The notes under the pieces were generated by a model. That model was not told the DNA's origin and did not search any database. It saw nothing but the letters and a program-made list of their open reading frames with translations. A DNA stretch of 62,364 nt, filler included, from Candidatus Fermentibacterota bacterium (GTDB lineage Bacteria; JAFGKV01), in NCBI GenBank assembly GCA_016928395.1. It is 5 parts of 5 records of this genome, joined end to end, with 100 filler letters (N's around TTAATTAATTAA, not from the genome) between each part and the next. Parts side by side here need not be neighbours in the genome. Positions count along the whole stretch, not along the records: positions 16,595 to 28,699 come from JAFGKV010000103.1; 4 more parts are not named here. One strand, given 5' to 3'. A program made the position numbers and the translations under genes. Positions 18,317-28,799 of this stretch are shown one piece after another. How positions within the stretch are numbered: the stretch's first letter is position 1; each line of letters begins with the position of its first letter.

Positions 18317-18739
18317 ATGTCGTTCTGGGATGAGGTTAAGAAGGGTCTTGAAGAAGGGGCGCAAGCTCTGAAGAAGGGCGCCGAGGTTGTCGCGGAGAAG
18401 ACTGAGGATGCCGCCAAGGTCGCGCGGGTGCGCTATTCCATCTACACGGAGCGCCAGTCCATCAGAAAAGCATTCACCGAGCTAGGCGGGCATGTGTTTG
18501 AACTGGCGGAACACGATGACAGACCGTCAGTTTGGGAAGACGAGTCGGTTTTGTCGTATATCCAGGATGTGCGAGATGGCCGGGAGAAGATCGCCCACCT
18601 TGAGGAGGAGATCCGCGCCATCGGGGAAAAGACCGACCACAAGGGTGCGGCCCAGGAGTCGAAGGATACCGAAGAAGACGTTCCCGCGCCCGAGGGAGGC
18701 CCGGGAACCGAGCCGCCGGAGGATCCCGACGAGCTGTAG
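18317..18739 (+). CDS. Hypothetical coiled-coil protein with acidic tail
   Basis: AGGAGG RBS; FWDEVKKG...ELGGHVFE pattern. Confidence 0.8.
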   Translation: MSFWDEVKKGLEEGAQALKKGAEVVAEKTEDAAKVARVRYSIYTERQSIRKAFTELGGHVFELAEHDDRPSVWEDESVLSYIQDVRDGREKIAHLEEEIRAIGEKTDHKGAAQESKDTEEDVPAPEGGPGTEPPEDPDEL

Positions 18740-18764
18740 ACTCCATCGCCCCATTTTCGGACCC

Positions 18765-20477
18765 ATGTCGGCCCCGGTGGTTTTGCGGGGGGCGTTTGCA
18801 CTCCTATTTCTGGCCGTGGGTTCGGCCGGCATTTCGGCCGCACCGGCCAGGCCGGGTATTGTCACCATGCTCCCTGACGGTCGCGACGCGGTAGTCATGG
18901 GTGACGAACGGGGCTTTCGCCGCTTGCTCGAAGATGGATCCATGACCGAGACCTCGACGGATGAACTTCGGCCGCTGCGATATGCGCGGTCACCCGTGTC
19001 TGCGGTGGGACGCGCGCCTGTCTATGTCGTGGGCGTGCAGTTCCCGGATCTGCAGGCCACTGAGCCTTTGGCATCAGTTGTCCAGCGGATGACCGAGACA
19101 GTCGGCGCCTACATTGACGAAGCCTCGCGGGGTGCTCTTCACCTTGACTTCATCGGTCTCACCGATGAGTGGATCACCGCATGCCACAGCCAGGCTTTTT
19201 ACGGCGCGGACGGTACCGGGGTCGATGATCGTAACCAAGCCATCTATGAGCTGGCCCGGGAGGCGATCACCGCCGTCGACTCCTTCGTGGATTTTCGCAC
19301 GCTCGACGCCGACGGCAACGGCCTGCTCCAGATGGGTGAGGCCCACATCGCGGTGGTTCACGCCGGGAACGATCAGGCGTCCACCGGACGAGGCGATGAT
19401 ATCTGGTCGCACCGCTGGTGGATCTACGGCCCTTCGACGGGTGGCGCCGAGACACGGCTGGACGGCGTGCTCATATCCGAACCCAATGCGCCGGGCAACG
19501 AAGCATCCGCAGGCTATGTCATGGTTGCACTGTCGGATCCCGTGGGGGTGATGGTGCACGAGTTGCTGCACAGTTTCGGCGCGCCCGATCTCTACGATGT
19601 AAGCGGCGGCAATGCCATAGCCGTCGGGCCATGGTCTGTGATGGATATCGGACTCTGGCTTGGCTCTCCCCAGGGGTCGCAACCGTGCCGGCCCGGCGGG
19701 TATCTGGAATGGGATATCGATGCTGAGCCTGCCACCGGCGTGTCGGGGTGGTCGACGCCAACCTACTTGTATGACGGCACTCACACCATTCCCACTCTGG
19801 GCACCGGAAACGGTGATGTGCAGATCGTCATGACCCTGGTGGATTCCGAGTATTTCCTTCTGGAGAACCGATCCCAAACGGGCCTTGACGCCGCGCTTTC
19901 CGAGGCGGGCATCCTCATCTATCACGTGGATACCTCCCAGCCCGTGAACAATGTGGAGAGCATGTGGCCGTTCCGGGTATGGCTGGAGGATCCTGGCGAC
20001 CGCTCGTACAAGAGAGGCGCGGCGTATGCGGAGGAAGACGGCCCCTCCCAAACCGCATTCACGCCGGCTACCAGCCCCTCATCGGATTCCAACCGCGGTA
20101 TGGCCACGGGTATCGCCATCACGGCCATCGGCCCAAGGAGCCCTTGTATGCCGTTTCGGCTCCAGGGCGCTGGCCTGCCTCCTGAAGTCCCCCACCTCCT
20201 GTCGTGGCCCGAAGGCCGCCTCAAGGCTGGCCCGTGGCCGGCACGCCCGGGGGGTACGCTGGAGGTGATCCTACCGATGCCCGCTCCGCCGGGCAGCAGG
20301 ATCGATCTGGTGGACATGGCGGGGCGACGTCTTGCCGTCGGCAGCCTCACGGCCGGGCAGAGCCGGTACAGTCTTCACGTGCCTCAGGGCATCCGTTCAG
20401 GCGTGTTCATTCTGCTTTACCGCGCATCGGACGCCGCGCACACGGCCCCGGTGCTTGTTCTCCACCCGTCGCGGTGA
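18765..20477 (+). CDS. Secreted M6-family (immune inhibitor A-like) metalloprotease with CTD-like C-terminus
   Basis: HELLHSFGAPDLY zinc motif, IWSH, WSVM, EYFLLENR, GILIYHVD; signal peptide. Confidence 0.9.
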   Translation: MSAPVVLRGAFALLFLAVGSAGISAAPARPGIVTMLPDGRDAVVMGDERGFRRLLEDGSMTETSTDELRPLRYARSPVSAVGRAPVYVVGVQFPDLQATEPLASVVQRMTETVGAYIDEASRGALHLDFIGLTDEWITACHSQAFYGADGTGVDDRNQAIYELAREAITAVDSFVDFRTLDADGNGLLQMGEAHIAVVHAGNDQASTGRGDDIWSHRWWIYGPSTGGAETRLDGVLISEPNAPGNEASAGYVMVALSDPVGVMVHELLHSFGAPDLYDVSGGNAIAVGPWSVMDIGLWLGSPQGSQPCRPGGYLEWDIDAEPATGVSGWSTPTYLYDGTHTIPTLGTGNGDVQIVMTLVDSEYFLLENRSQTGLDAALSEAGILIYHVDTSQPVNNVESMWPFRVWLEDPGDRSYKRGAAYAEEDGPSQTAFTPATSPSSDSNRGMATGIAITAIGPRSPCMPFRLQGAGLPPEVPHLLSWPEGRLKAGPWPARPGGTLEVILPMPAPPGSRIDLVDMAGRRLAVGSLTAGQSRYSLHVPQGIRSGVFILLYRASDAAHTAPVLVLHPSR

Positions 20478-20640
20478 GCCCTCCCCTGGTGGGCGGCAGG
20501 CCGTTTCATGCACGAGATTTGATTCACGCCAATGATCAAGGAGTGACGAGGGTAAGGGGTGAAGGCGGAAGGTTGGGCGCGGTTGAGTATTCTGGCCTGC
20601 GAGCGACCAGAACCCTGACCCGAGTACTTCTGTGCCGCCC

Positions 20641-21843
20641 ATGGTGAGCGATTCCCTGCCCACGGATCTCGATTCAAGTACGGATCGTCCCGCCCCCCGC
20701 CGGGGCGGGGGCCGCGTTCTTGGGAAGCGTCTCCAGACCGTGGTGTTCTCCCTTCTCCCCATGACGATTCTCCTGCTGGCGGGCGAGGTAGTCCTGCGGG
20801 TAATGAAACCCACATGGATGGCCTGCGTGCGCACCCATGCATGCCCCCATGCGGAAGGGACTCCCCGCTTCGTCACGGAGCAAAAGCACAACTTCACACT
20901 GGAGAATGAAGAGCCGTTGCTCGTCTTCGACCCCGAGCTATTCTGGCGACCGAGGCCCCATGTCGTGGGCACGGTGTGGTCCACCCCGGGGGTCCGCACC
21001 AATGGGCTGGGCCTTCGTCAACATCTCATTGACCTTGGAAGAGACCGGGTGAACATCCTGGTGGTTGGCGATTCGGTCGTGTGGGGTTCCTTGGTGGAAG
21101 AGCACGACCGCTTCACCGATGTTGCCTCAACTCTCATTGCCCACCGGGAGGAGTTTTCGACGGCGCAGATCATCAACGCGGGCGTCGTCGGCTATTCCTC
21201 GCACCAGGTTTTTCACTACCTGAAGAGTCGAGGCATGAAACTCTTCACCCCCCGTGTGGTGGTCGTGTGCGTCGGGATCAACGATTCATGGCGTGTTCCC
21301 ATGAGCGATGCGGCCGAGCGCGCGGTCAACCAGCGAGTCGGCGCCCGCCTTCGTCGCGCCCTCCAGCACTCTGACCTGTTCCTTTTCCTCCAACGCTGTG
21401 TGACCGAGGCTCTACTCTGGGCACGTACGGGTACGAATCCTCAGGGTCTGGCATTCCTCTATCCCGGCAGCTCAACGGGCGAACTCGTGGCACGGGGGAC
21501 TCCCGCGGAGACTGCGGCCAACTTCGGCGCCATTCATGACCTGGCTGAGGCGCATCATGCGTCGCTTGTCGTGATGTTGCAGGCTACCAGGGTCGAGCAC
21601 CCCCAGGGCTGGGACCTTCAAGGCTTCGCCGAAGCCCAGAGACGCATCAGGGCGATGGCGGATACCAATGGATGGCTGTCGATCGAGTTCGCGGGTCTGG
21701 CCGATCCACCCTGGGAACTGGAACCGCATGAGTATTTGCAGGACTTCTGCCACCTGAGCCCGGCAGGCCACGCCATCGTGGCCCAGTGGTTGGTGGATGT
21801 CCTGGCTACAATCCCCCCTTGGTCGGGCGGGGATGATTCCTGA
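20641..21843 (+). CDS. Membrane-anchored SGNH/GDSL hydrolase
   Basis: GDS, NAGVVGYSS, GIND and DFCH blocks; N-terminal TM helix. Confidence 0.9.
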   Translation: MVSDSLPTDLDSSTDRPAPRRGGGRVLGKRLQTVVFSLLPMTILLLAGEVVLRVMKPTWMACVRTHACPHAEGTPRFVTEQKHNFTLENEEPLLVFDPELFWRPRPHVVGTVWSTPGVRTNGLGLRQHLIDLGRDRVNILVVGDSVVWGSLVEEHDRFTDVASTLIAHREEFSTAQIINAGVVGYSSHQVFHYLKSRGMKLFTPRVVVVCVGINDSWRVPMSDAAERAVNQRVGARLRRALQHSDLFLFLQRCVTEALLWARTGTNPQGLAFLYPGSSTGELVARGTPAETAANFGAIHDLAEAHHASLVVMLQATRVEHPQGWDLQGFAEAQRRIRAMADTNGWLSIEFAGLADPPWELEPHEYLQDFCHLSPAGHAIVAQWLVDVLATIPPWSGGDDS

Positions 21844-22072
21844 ATCGAGGCGACTCCTCAGGTCAGAGGGACGCGCGGGCACCACGGCCCACCCAACGCG
21901 AGCCATTCGCGCAGTCAGAGACCGACTACTTCTTCCGGTTTCCCAGCAGCGATTTCCGTTTCGTCCCAGAGGGTTCTCGTAGGGCAATCTCCCTCAAGAT
22001 CGACAGGGGAATCGTGCTGGCTTCGAACATCGAGTAGGAAAGGAACGGTTGGCAGCCGATGAGTACCAGGGA

Positions 22073-23764
22073 TCAGCGAAGATCCCTGGCCACAAAACCG
22101 ACGGTCACGCTGGCATCCGATTCGCAGCCTTCGCTTAGCGCAACCACGCAGAAGAATCCCTGGTCGCCCGAGACGGGTGCCTGCCAACTCTCACCGGTGA
22201 AGATACCCGTCGTATCAAGGGCAAATCCCGTGTACGGCATGACGGACGAGTATACCCCGTACGACATCGCACCGGCTACTGGATTCCAGGCGATCGTTAT
22301 CTCGTCGGCATAGACCAATACTGAGGTGATCTCTGGTGCGTCCAGACCGAAGACGGTGATGAAGTGCTCCTTAATCTCCGTGTCATTGTTCTCACCGTTG
22401 GTCACCGTGAGTGAGACTGTGTAGGTTCCGGGATTCGCGTAGACGAATGAAGGATTTCGGCTCGTGGAATCAATGACGTCGTCACCGTCGAGATCCCATT
22501 CCCAGGAGACGATGGCGCCGGTGGACAGGTCAGAGTAGTGCACGATTAGCGGCGCTGTACCCGCTACCGTGTCCGCAGTGAACTCGGCAATGGGCTGCGA
22601 GAGGAGGCATGACCGGGCAGGTTCGGCGAAGGGGGCTTCCGGCCCCTCGGTCAGCGCGTGGATCACGATGGAATCGTTCGTTCCCGGTTCACCGAACTCA
22701 AACAGCGAGAAGCCATCGATACCGTGTGATCTCCCGTAGGCAATTTTGTTGACGATTTCCGCGGCCACTTCCCCTGGGGTCACTCCTGCCCCATTCCAGA
22801 CGCTGCTGTACCACCCCAGGCCCATGTACACGTGGCCGATTGCCGGACCGAGGAAGCTGTGCCAAATGTCCACCTCTCCGCTCCACCATGAGGTGTGGTA
22901 GGTGTACTCCATCGCGATGATGAAATCCAGCGCGTCGTCGTTCACCAAAGAGACGCCGTCTTGCTGGAACGTCATCTGTGTGGGCACGCCGTCGGGCGTG
23001 GGGTACGCGTCGCAGAAGGACAGATCGTCCCATCGATTGCCGGGGTTGGCGGGGAACCATGTGCGAAACCACGATGGTATGTCGTCTCCACCTTCCGGGT
23101 ATGAGTGGACCCAATCCGCGCAGTCCTGCCCCATGTTGATGAGTGCTGCGGTCAAGAACCTGCCAGGGTACTCCGTCTGGAGTGCCTGATATGTCTGAAG
23201 AACCGTCTGACGAATGCCGTGCATCTTCACGCTGTCCAGCCGATCTTGTGTTTCATAACGGATATAGTCGAAGTGAATGCCGTCCAGGGTCGGGAAGGAA
23301 TCGAGAAGAGTGCGGGCCCACTGCGTCTGTGCTTCCTGTTCTGCCGGGTCAGTGAAGTCGGCGGTCTGTCCCGCAGTGCGCCACAGGTTGATCATCCACA
23401 CATGTGCGCCCAGACCCAGCGCCTTTGCCCCGGTCAGCATGGCTGAGAAGTCCGCCACTGTAGACCATGCCGGCCGCGTGTCATCAGGCACAATGAGAAA
23501 CACGGTATTGAGATTGGCGTTGGTGATCTTCTGCAGGGTCTCGGCTCTCTTCTCGGGGGAGTCGAACGCATAGTGGTTGAGCCACACGGCGCGGGTTTCT
23601 CCTGTATCCAAGGAATCCCGGGGCACGCCTATGCCGCTGCCCATTCGTCGGTCAAACGAACGCGCCCCCTCGCCACCCCGCGTCTTCGTTTCTGCTGAAG
23701 GAAGGAGGGCAAGAAAGGTAAATACCGCCGACGCGATGAGACCTGCGCGCACATCGACCTCCAC
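22073..23764 (-). CDS. Secreted GHL10 (DUF187)-like glycoside hydrolase with PKD domain
   Basis: ETRAVW, DGIHFDYIRY; PKD motifs (G.APL.V, WEWD.DGD, NP...Y..PGTYTVSLTV). Confidence 0.85.
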   Translation of the reverse strand: MEVDVRAGLIASAVFTFLALLPSAETKTRGGEGARSFDRRMGSGIGVPRDSLDTGETRAVWLNHYAFDSPEKRAETLQKITNANLNTVFLIVPDDTRPAWSTVADFSAMLTGAKALGLGAHVWMINLWRTAGQTADFTDPAEQEAQTQWARTLLDSFPTLDGIHFDYIRYETQDRLDSVKMHGIRQTVLQTYQALQTEYPGRFLTAALINMGQDCADWVHSYPEGGDDIPSWFRTWFPANPGNRWDDLSFCDAYPTPDGVPTQMTFQQDGVSLVNDDALDFIIAMEYTYHTSWWSGEVDIWHSFLGPAIGHVYMGLGWYSSVWNGAGVTPGEVAAEIVNKIAYGRSHGIDGFSLFEFGEPGTNDSIVIHALTEGPEAPFAEPARSCLLSQPIAEFTADTVAGTAPLIVHYSDLSTGAIVSWEWDLDGDDVIDSTSRNPSFVYANPGTYTVSLTVTNGENNDTEIKEHFITVFGLDAPEITSVLVYADEITIAWNPVAGAMSYGVYSSVMPYTGFALDTTGIFTGESWQAPVSGDQGFFCVVALSEGCESDASVTVGFVARDLR

Positions 23765-23923
23765 CCGAACAGGAGTTGACCTGGTATGGGTTCTCCCCGG
23801 CAGACAAGCTTAGTGCAGGCCGTCGCGAAGCGCAATGATCTGGGCCTCAGCGTGACGATCCGCCGATGTCTCTCTCCCGCAAGGCAGCCATCGGCCAGAC
23901 TATCGCGCTGCACGGAGCGCAGG

Positions 23924-25585
23924 TCAGCCGAGGATCTCGACGGTGTCGACCCGGCGCGCCGCCGCGTGAAGCACGAGCCCGCTTACGGCCAAGGAGATGC
24001 CGCCCAAGGCGAAAGTCCCCACCCGAAACGAGGCGGCTCGCGGGAGCCAGGGTATCCACCCGACCTGCACCCACACCAGAATCGCTGAGGCTATCACATA
24101 CCCCAGGCCCAGGAGAAGGGCCGTGGTGCCACCGACCCCGGAGACGATTCTGGCTGGCTCTTCGGATGCCATCTCGGGCAGCAGCATGCCCAGGCCCACG
24201 CTCATGCTCATGAGCGTCAGATCGATGAGGAACACGTCCAGGAGGGCAGTGAGCACCAGCGAGCTTGGCAGACCCAGCATGATGATGGTGCCTACGGTTA
24301 TCGCCGCGGCGGGAGGGAAGGTCCACAGTATGGCCAGGCCGACCTTGGCCCACAAAGTGGTGCGGGGCCGGACCGGCGCGACTCGCACCAGCCACGCCAT
24401 GCGGGCCTCCAAGCTTGGGAGGGGGAAGAAGAACCTCGTACCCAGCGAGGCCAGAATCCCCGCCACGGCGGCGAAGTTTGCGGCGACTACCAGCAATCGC
24501 CACTGCACCGGGAGGTTATGGTACGACATCCCTCGGAGGCTGGCGACGTACGCCCCCATGAGTCCGAACAGAAGAAGAGTCTGCGCCCATTGGCTTGGGT
24601 CGCGGAGGAGAAGGCGCAGATCCTTGACCACCAGGGCACGAATCGGAGGAGGGAGGAAGCGGAAAAGACGGTCCGCAGCCACAATGCCCCATTGCTTCGC
24701 GCTGCCTGCGGAATCGCTGGACCACCGAGTCCACAGCCGATAGAGGGGATCGGGTGCCAGCCAGAGCAGTAGCCACACCATCAAGAGGCCTGATGAGGCC
24801 AGGCAGGCGAAGTAACCCAGGGCCGTGCCGAGATCTCCTGCACGAAGGGCTTCGGCCCCGAGAAACCACCATCCGGAAGGGAAGTAGGGGCTGAAACCGA
24901 TATTGAAGCGGGAGAGCGTCGCGTGGAGGAAGAGCACCGGATCGTCCTGAAGCTGCGCCGGGGCGCCGCCGCTGCCCTGCAGGGCCCACAGTACCAGAGC
25001 GATGCCTCCGGTGGCCAGTGCGGCCAGACGGATGGTGCGCCACAGCGGCCCCAGGGCCACGATGCCGCAGGCGATCAGGGCTCCGGTGGCAGAGGCGAGT
25101 ACCGCAAACGCCGGCATGAATGCCGCGAAACTCAGGAGGTAGCCGAGGTTGGCGCTCAGGGTCGTCCACAGCGCGACATGGAACGGCAACGCCATGGCCG
25201 GGAAGGCCCAGGTGCTGAGCAGGAGGGTTTCCAGCCAGCGGGAGAAGAGCACTGTGCGGCGAGAGAGTGGAAGCGTGTGGAGAAACGCCGTCTCGCGGGC
25301 GCGGAAGAACACGCCGAGAAAGGTCACGGCAGCACTTATGGTGAGCATTCCCGCCAGCACCAAGTAGATCAGGCCCGGCATGCGCGCAGCCAGCACTTCA
25401 CCCAGCCCCTCGAACCGCAGGAGTAGGGCAAGACCGTGCCGGGACCCGGCATACACGAACAGAAGTAGCAACGCGGCGCCCACCAGGACCGTGACCGTCT
25501 TCAGCACCGACCGCGACAGCTCATCGGCAATCCCGTGCGCGGCGCGGCGCGCCAGTACGCCGGCGAGAAGAGTGATTGATTTCAT
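23924..25585 (-). CDS. ABC exporter permease
   Basis: Many TM helices; KDLR...RDPSQW and RFFFP..SLE motifs; coupled to the ATPase. Confidence 0.88.
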   Translation of the reverse strand: MKSITLLAGVLARRAAHGIADELSRSVLKTVTVLVGAALLLLFVYAGSRHGLALLLRFEGLGEVLAARMPGLIYLVLAGMLTISAAVTFLGVFFRARETAFLHTLPLSRRTVLFSRWLETLLLSTWAFPAMALPFHVALWTTLSANLGYLLSFAAFMPAFAVLASATGALIACGIVALGPLWRTIRLAALATGGIALVLWALQGSGGAPAQLQDDPVLFLHATLSRFNIGFSPYFPSGWWFLGAEALRAGDLGTALGYFACLASSGLLMVWLLLWLAPDPLYRLWTRWSSDSAGSAKQWGIVAADRLFRFLPPPIRALVVKDLRLLLRDPSQWAQTLLLFGLMGAYVASLRGMSYHNLPVQWRLLVVAANFAAVAGILASLGTRFFFPLPSLEARMAWLVRVAPVRPRTTLWAKVGLAILWTFPPAAAITVGTIIMLGLPSSLVLTALLDVFLIDLTLMSMSVGLGMLLPEMASEEPARIVSGVGGTTALLLGLGYVIASAILVWVQVGWIPWLPRAASFRVGTFALGGISLAVSGLVLHAAARRVDTVEILG

Positions 25586-26319
25586 TCCTGCGTGATCCGG
25601 AGGAAGAGGGTCTCTAGTGACTCGGCTCGATTCGGGCCCAGGAGGGCAGCCGTGGCATCAGAGAGCACGATACTGCCCCGGTGAATGACCGTGATGTGGT
25701 CTGCCACCTCTTCGGCCACCGAGAGGGTGTGGGTGGAGAGCAGTACAGCCGTGCCCTTCTCTGCCTCGGCCCGGAGCAAGTCCTTCAAGACGCGGCTGCT
25801 GGCCGGATCCAGCCCGACCATGGGTTCATCAACAAGCAGCACCTGGGGGCGGGAGAGCAGTGCGGCAGACAACACGTACTTCTGCCGGGTGCCGTGGCTG
25901 TAGCTTTCGACCCGGTGCCGGTGATACTGCCGGAGTTCGAAGCGCTCCACAAAGAACGAAATTCGTTCCTCCAGGCTGCGGCCATCCATGCCGTGCAAAC
26001 CGCCCACAAAGCGAAGGAACTCCTCGCCGGTGAGTTTGCCGTAGAGAAACGGAACATCCGGCACGTATGAGAGCAACCGCCGGACCGGTTCCCACTCCCG
26101 TCCCGGATCCATGCCGGCCACCCGTACTGAACCCTCGGTGGGAAAGAGCAGGCCCGCGATGAGCCTGAGGGTGGTGGTCTTGCCGGCACCGTTGGGGCCC
26201 AGAAACGCATGGATCACGCCATGAGGAACAGAGAGTGAGAGATGCCGCACCGCCCAGAGGGCATCGAATCGTTTGCCAAGGCTCTCGATCTGAATCGCTG
26301 CGTTCACCAGTTTCCTCAC
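25582..26319 (-). CDS. ABC transporter ATP-binding protein
   Basis: GPNGAGKTT, YSHG signature, LLVDEPMVGLDP. Confidence 0.95.
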   Translation of the reverse strand: MRKLVNAAIQIESLGKRFDALWAVRHLSLSVPHGVIHAFLGPNGAGKTTTLRLIAGLLFPTEGSVRVAGMDPGREWEPVRRLLSYVPDVPFLYGKLTGEEFLRFVGGLHGMDGRSLEERISFFVERFELRQYHRHRVESYSHGTRQKYVLSAALLSRPQVLLVDEPMVGLDPASSRVLKDLLRAEAEKGTAVLLSTHTLSVAEEVADHITVIHRGSIVLSDATAALLGPNRAESLETLFLRITQE

Positions 26320-27122
26320 AGGCCCCTGCTGGAACTGGTAGAACCCCCTGTCTCAGTGCGAGGATCCGGCTTCAGCACCAGGTCCCAGCCCACGGGGGTT
26401 CGCTGGCGAACGACGATTCCCCTAGGGTCGATCCACATCAGAGTCTTCAGCCCCTTGTACATTACCACGAGCACGCAGCCGCCGTCGGGCGCGGGGGGCT
26501 CAACCCGGCCTCGCTCCCGCTCAAGACTCACCTCGGCGGCCGTCATGGTGAGGGGGTCGAGCAGCTGCCAGGTCAACCGTTCGCTGCGCGCGGGGCATCC
26601 CGCGACCAGGCCCGGTGAGAAGCCGTCGCCAATGGCCAGCGTGGAATCGACCTGGAATACCCGGGCTTGGGAGACACCCAACCCCGCGTAGTGGACGGTC
26701 AGCACGTCCTCGCTTCGGCTACCGCGCACCTCAAACGTCTGGGGGCCGATGGCCGCTGTCGCGGCGAACGACGACAGGGTACCCCTGGAATCCAGAATCG
26801 AGAAACCATCGGCAGCCACGGGCACCAATGAGCCGCCAGCCTGCATCTGCAGGCTCATCCGCCAGGCTATGCGCCGACCGGATCCCTCGGCGCGTACGCG
26901 ATAGCTGACCGTTCCCACCGACCGCTCGCCTGCCCAAACGCCGTACGTCAGATCAAGAGAATCGGCGGGCACCAATGCACCGTAGGATGTCGGCCTCGTG
27001 AGTATCGGCCCCCGGCTCGTGTCGCCAAGTAGCCATGCCATGCTGGCCGCCCACACTGCAAAGACCGCGGCACCGACACACCAGAAGAGCCGGTTACGCT
27101 TCGTACGTCGTTCAGGAATCAC
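26316..27122 (-). CDS. Membrane-anchored beta-rich hypothetical protein, coupled to the ABC genes
   Basis: N-terminal TM helix; 4-nt overlap with the ATPase ORF. Confidence 0.75.
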   Translation of the reverse strand: MIPERRTKRNRLFWCVGAAVFAVWAASMAWLLGDTSRGPILTRPTSYGALVPADSLDLTYGVWAGERSVGTVSYRVRAEGSGRRIAWRMSLQMQAGGSLVPVAADGFSILDSRGTLSSFAATAAIGPQTFEVRGSRSEDVLTVHYAGLGVSQARVFQVDSTLAIGDGFSPGLVAGCPARSERLTWQLLDPLTMTAAEVSLERERGRVEPPAPDGGCVLVVMYKGLKTLMWIDPRGIVVRQRTPVGWDLVLKPDPRTETGGSTSSSRGL

Positions 27123-27312
27123 AGTCGCCCCACGGCATCGTCCGTACTACGGGCGGGCCTGAAGGCCCTTTTGCACTCACTTTGCTCGATGTCGGCAGTT
27201 CACCGTTCGCAGCCTCGGGAACGACCGCCGATTGCGACCGTCGTCCCTCCCTCCAATCATCAATGTTTCCGGGCATCCAGTATTCCGTGTTCGCGATCAC
27301 CTGAACCGATGA

Positions 27313-28164
27313 TCAGGGCGGGGCGGGAACGGACCGCGGGGGCATTCCTGGGGCCGCACGGAGGGTGATGAGGGTCACCTCCGGGGTGGAGCCAATTCGG
27401 ATTGGGATCTTGGAAGTTCCCAGGCCGCGGGATACGTGCATCCAAGTGTGTCCCTCGCGGAAGTCGCCCCGCTGGAACCTGTCCAGTTCATCCGATCCCA
27501 TGGTCTGGGAGTAGCGTGAGCCCGGGAGCACCACCTGCCCTCCGTGGGTGTGTCCGGCCAATACCACATCAATACCCCAATGGACTGCTTGGGTGAATGC
27601 CGTGGGAAAGTGGGCCAGCAAGAGGCGGGGCGTGTGCACATCACCCTTCAGGCGAAGCAGGGCTCCTTCGAGGAAGCTTCGCCCAGTGCTGGGATCATCC
27701 ACGCCGATGATCCAGAGATTGCCCTGCCCGCGGCTGACCCGGTGCACCTCATTTCTCAAGACATGCACTCCTTCACTTTGCATGGCCTGCACGATGACCT
27801 CCGCCTCGCCCTCGTACTCGGCATTGCCCATGATGGCGAAGACGCCCAATGGTGCCTGGAGCGCCACCATGCGCCGGGCCAGCTCCCGGGCGACTGACGG
27901 ATCGGTGGTCAGATCACCGGTAAAGGCGAGGATGTCAGGATGGAGATCCGCCGCTAGCGCGAATGCGGATTGCTCCAGGGCCCCGATGCGGGATGAGTGG
28001 AAATCGGTGAGTTGCACGATGCGCAGGCCGTCCATGTCGCCGTGTAAGCCCGCAACATCAACCACGCAACGCTCCACGTCGACGCGAGCGCTGCCGAGGA
28101 GCATAACCACGGTCAGGGCGGCGGCGCAGATCACCGCCAACAAGATCCTCCACCACTCTCGCAA
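27313..28164 (-). CDS. Metallophosphoesterase (YkuE-like)
   Basis: LTDFH, TGD, GN(A)E, GHTHGGQ, SRGLG. Confidence 0.9.
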   Translation of the reverse strand: MREWWRILLAVICAAALTVVMLLGSARVDVERCVVDVAGLHGDMDGLRIVQLTDFHSSRIGALEQSAFALAADLHPDILAFTGDLTTDPSVARELARRMVALQAPLGVFAIMGNAEYEGEAEVIVQAMQSEGVHVLRNEVHRVSRGQGNLWIIGVDDPSTGRSFLEGALLRLKGDVHTPRLLLAHFPTAFTQAVHWGIDVVLAGHTHGGQVVLPGSRYSQTMGSDELDRFQRGDFREGHTWMHVSRGLGTSKIPIRIGSTPEVTLITLRAAPGMPPRSVPAPP

Positions 28165-28211
28165 GAGACCACAATAGCCGCTGATGGAACCAGGGCAGTC
28201 AGATCAGAGTC

Positions 28212-28699
28212 CTAGCCTGGAAGCGGCGCCAGGATCACGGCGGCTTCCCGCTGCTGCGCTTCCCGCTCATACTGCACCGTCAGGGTGTCGCCGACGATAA
28301 GACCGGCCAGTGCGCCGCGGGCATCCTCGATACTGATGATGGGCCGGTCATTGAGCCGTCGAATGACATCACCCGGCTTCAACCCCGCCAGAGCCGCGGG
28401 GCTGTTCTTCTCCACCTCCGAGACCAGCACGCCGCGTTGACTCTCCAGGCCCAACGAGAGCGCCAGCAACCGAGTGATTTCTTGCACCCGTATGCCGGTA
28501 TACACGTCGCGGGTTTGGCCGAAGGCCAGCAATTCGTTCATGACCTGTTTGGCACGGTTGATGGGAATGGCAAACCCAATGCCCAAGGAGCCCCCTGAGC
28601 TGGAGAAGATGAAGGTGTTGATACCGATCACCCTTCCGCGAGAGTCTACCAAGGGCCCTCCTGAGTTGCCAGGATTGATGGCAGCGTCGGTCTGGATGA
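28212..28699 (-). CDS. HtrA/DegP-like serine protease, 3' part only
   Basis: [16 protein letters not shown] followed by one PDZ domain; 5' end lost at the contig edge. Confidence 0.92.
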
Positions 28700-28799
28700 N
28701 NNNNNNNNNNNNNNNNNNNNNNNNNNNNNNNNNNNNNNNNNNNTTAATTAATTAANNNNNNNNNNNNNNNNNNNNNNNNNNNNNNNNNNNNNNNNNNNN
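28700..28799. other. Artificial contig linker
   Basis: N-run with TTAATTAATTAA. Confidence 0.99.
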
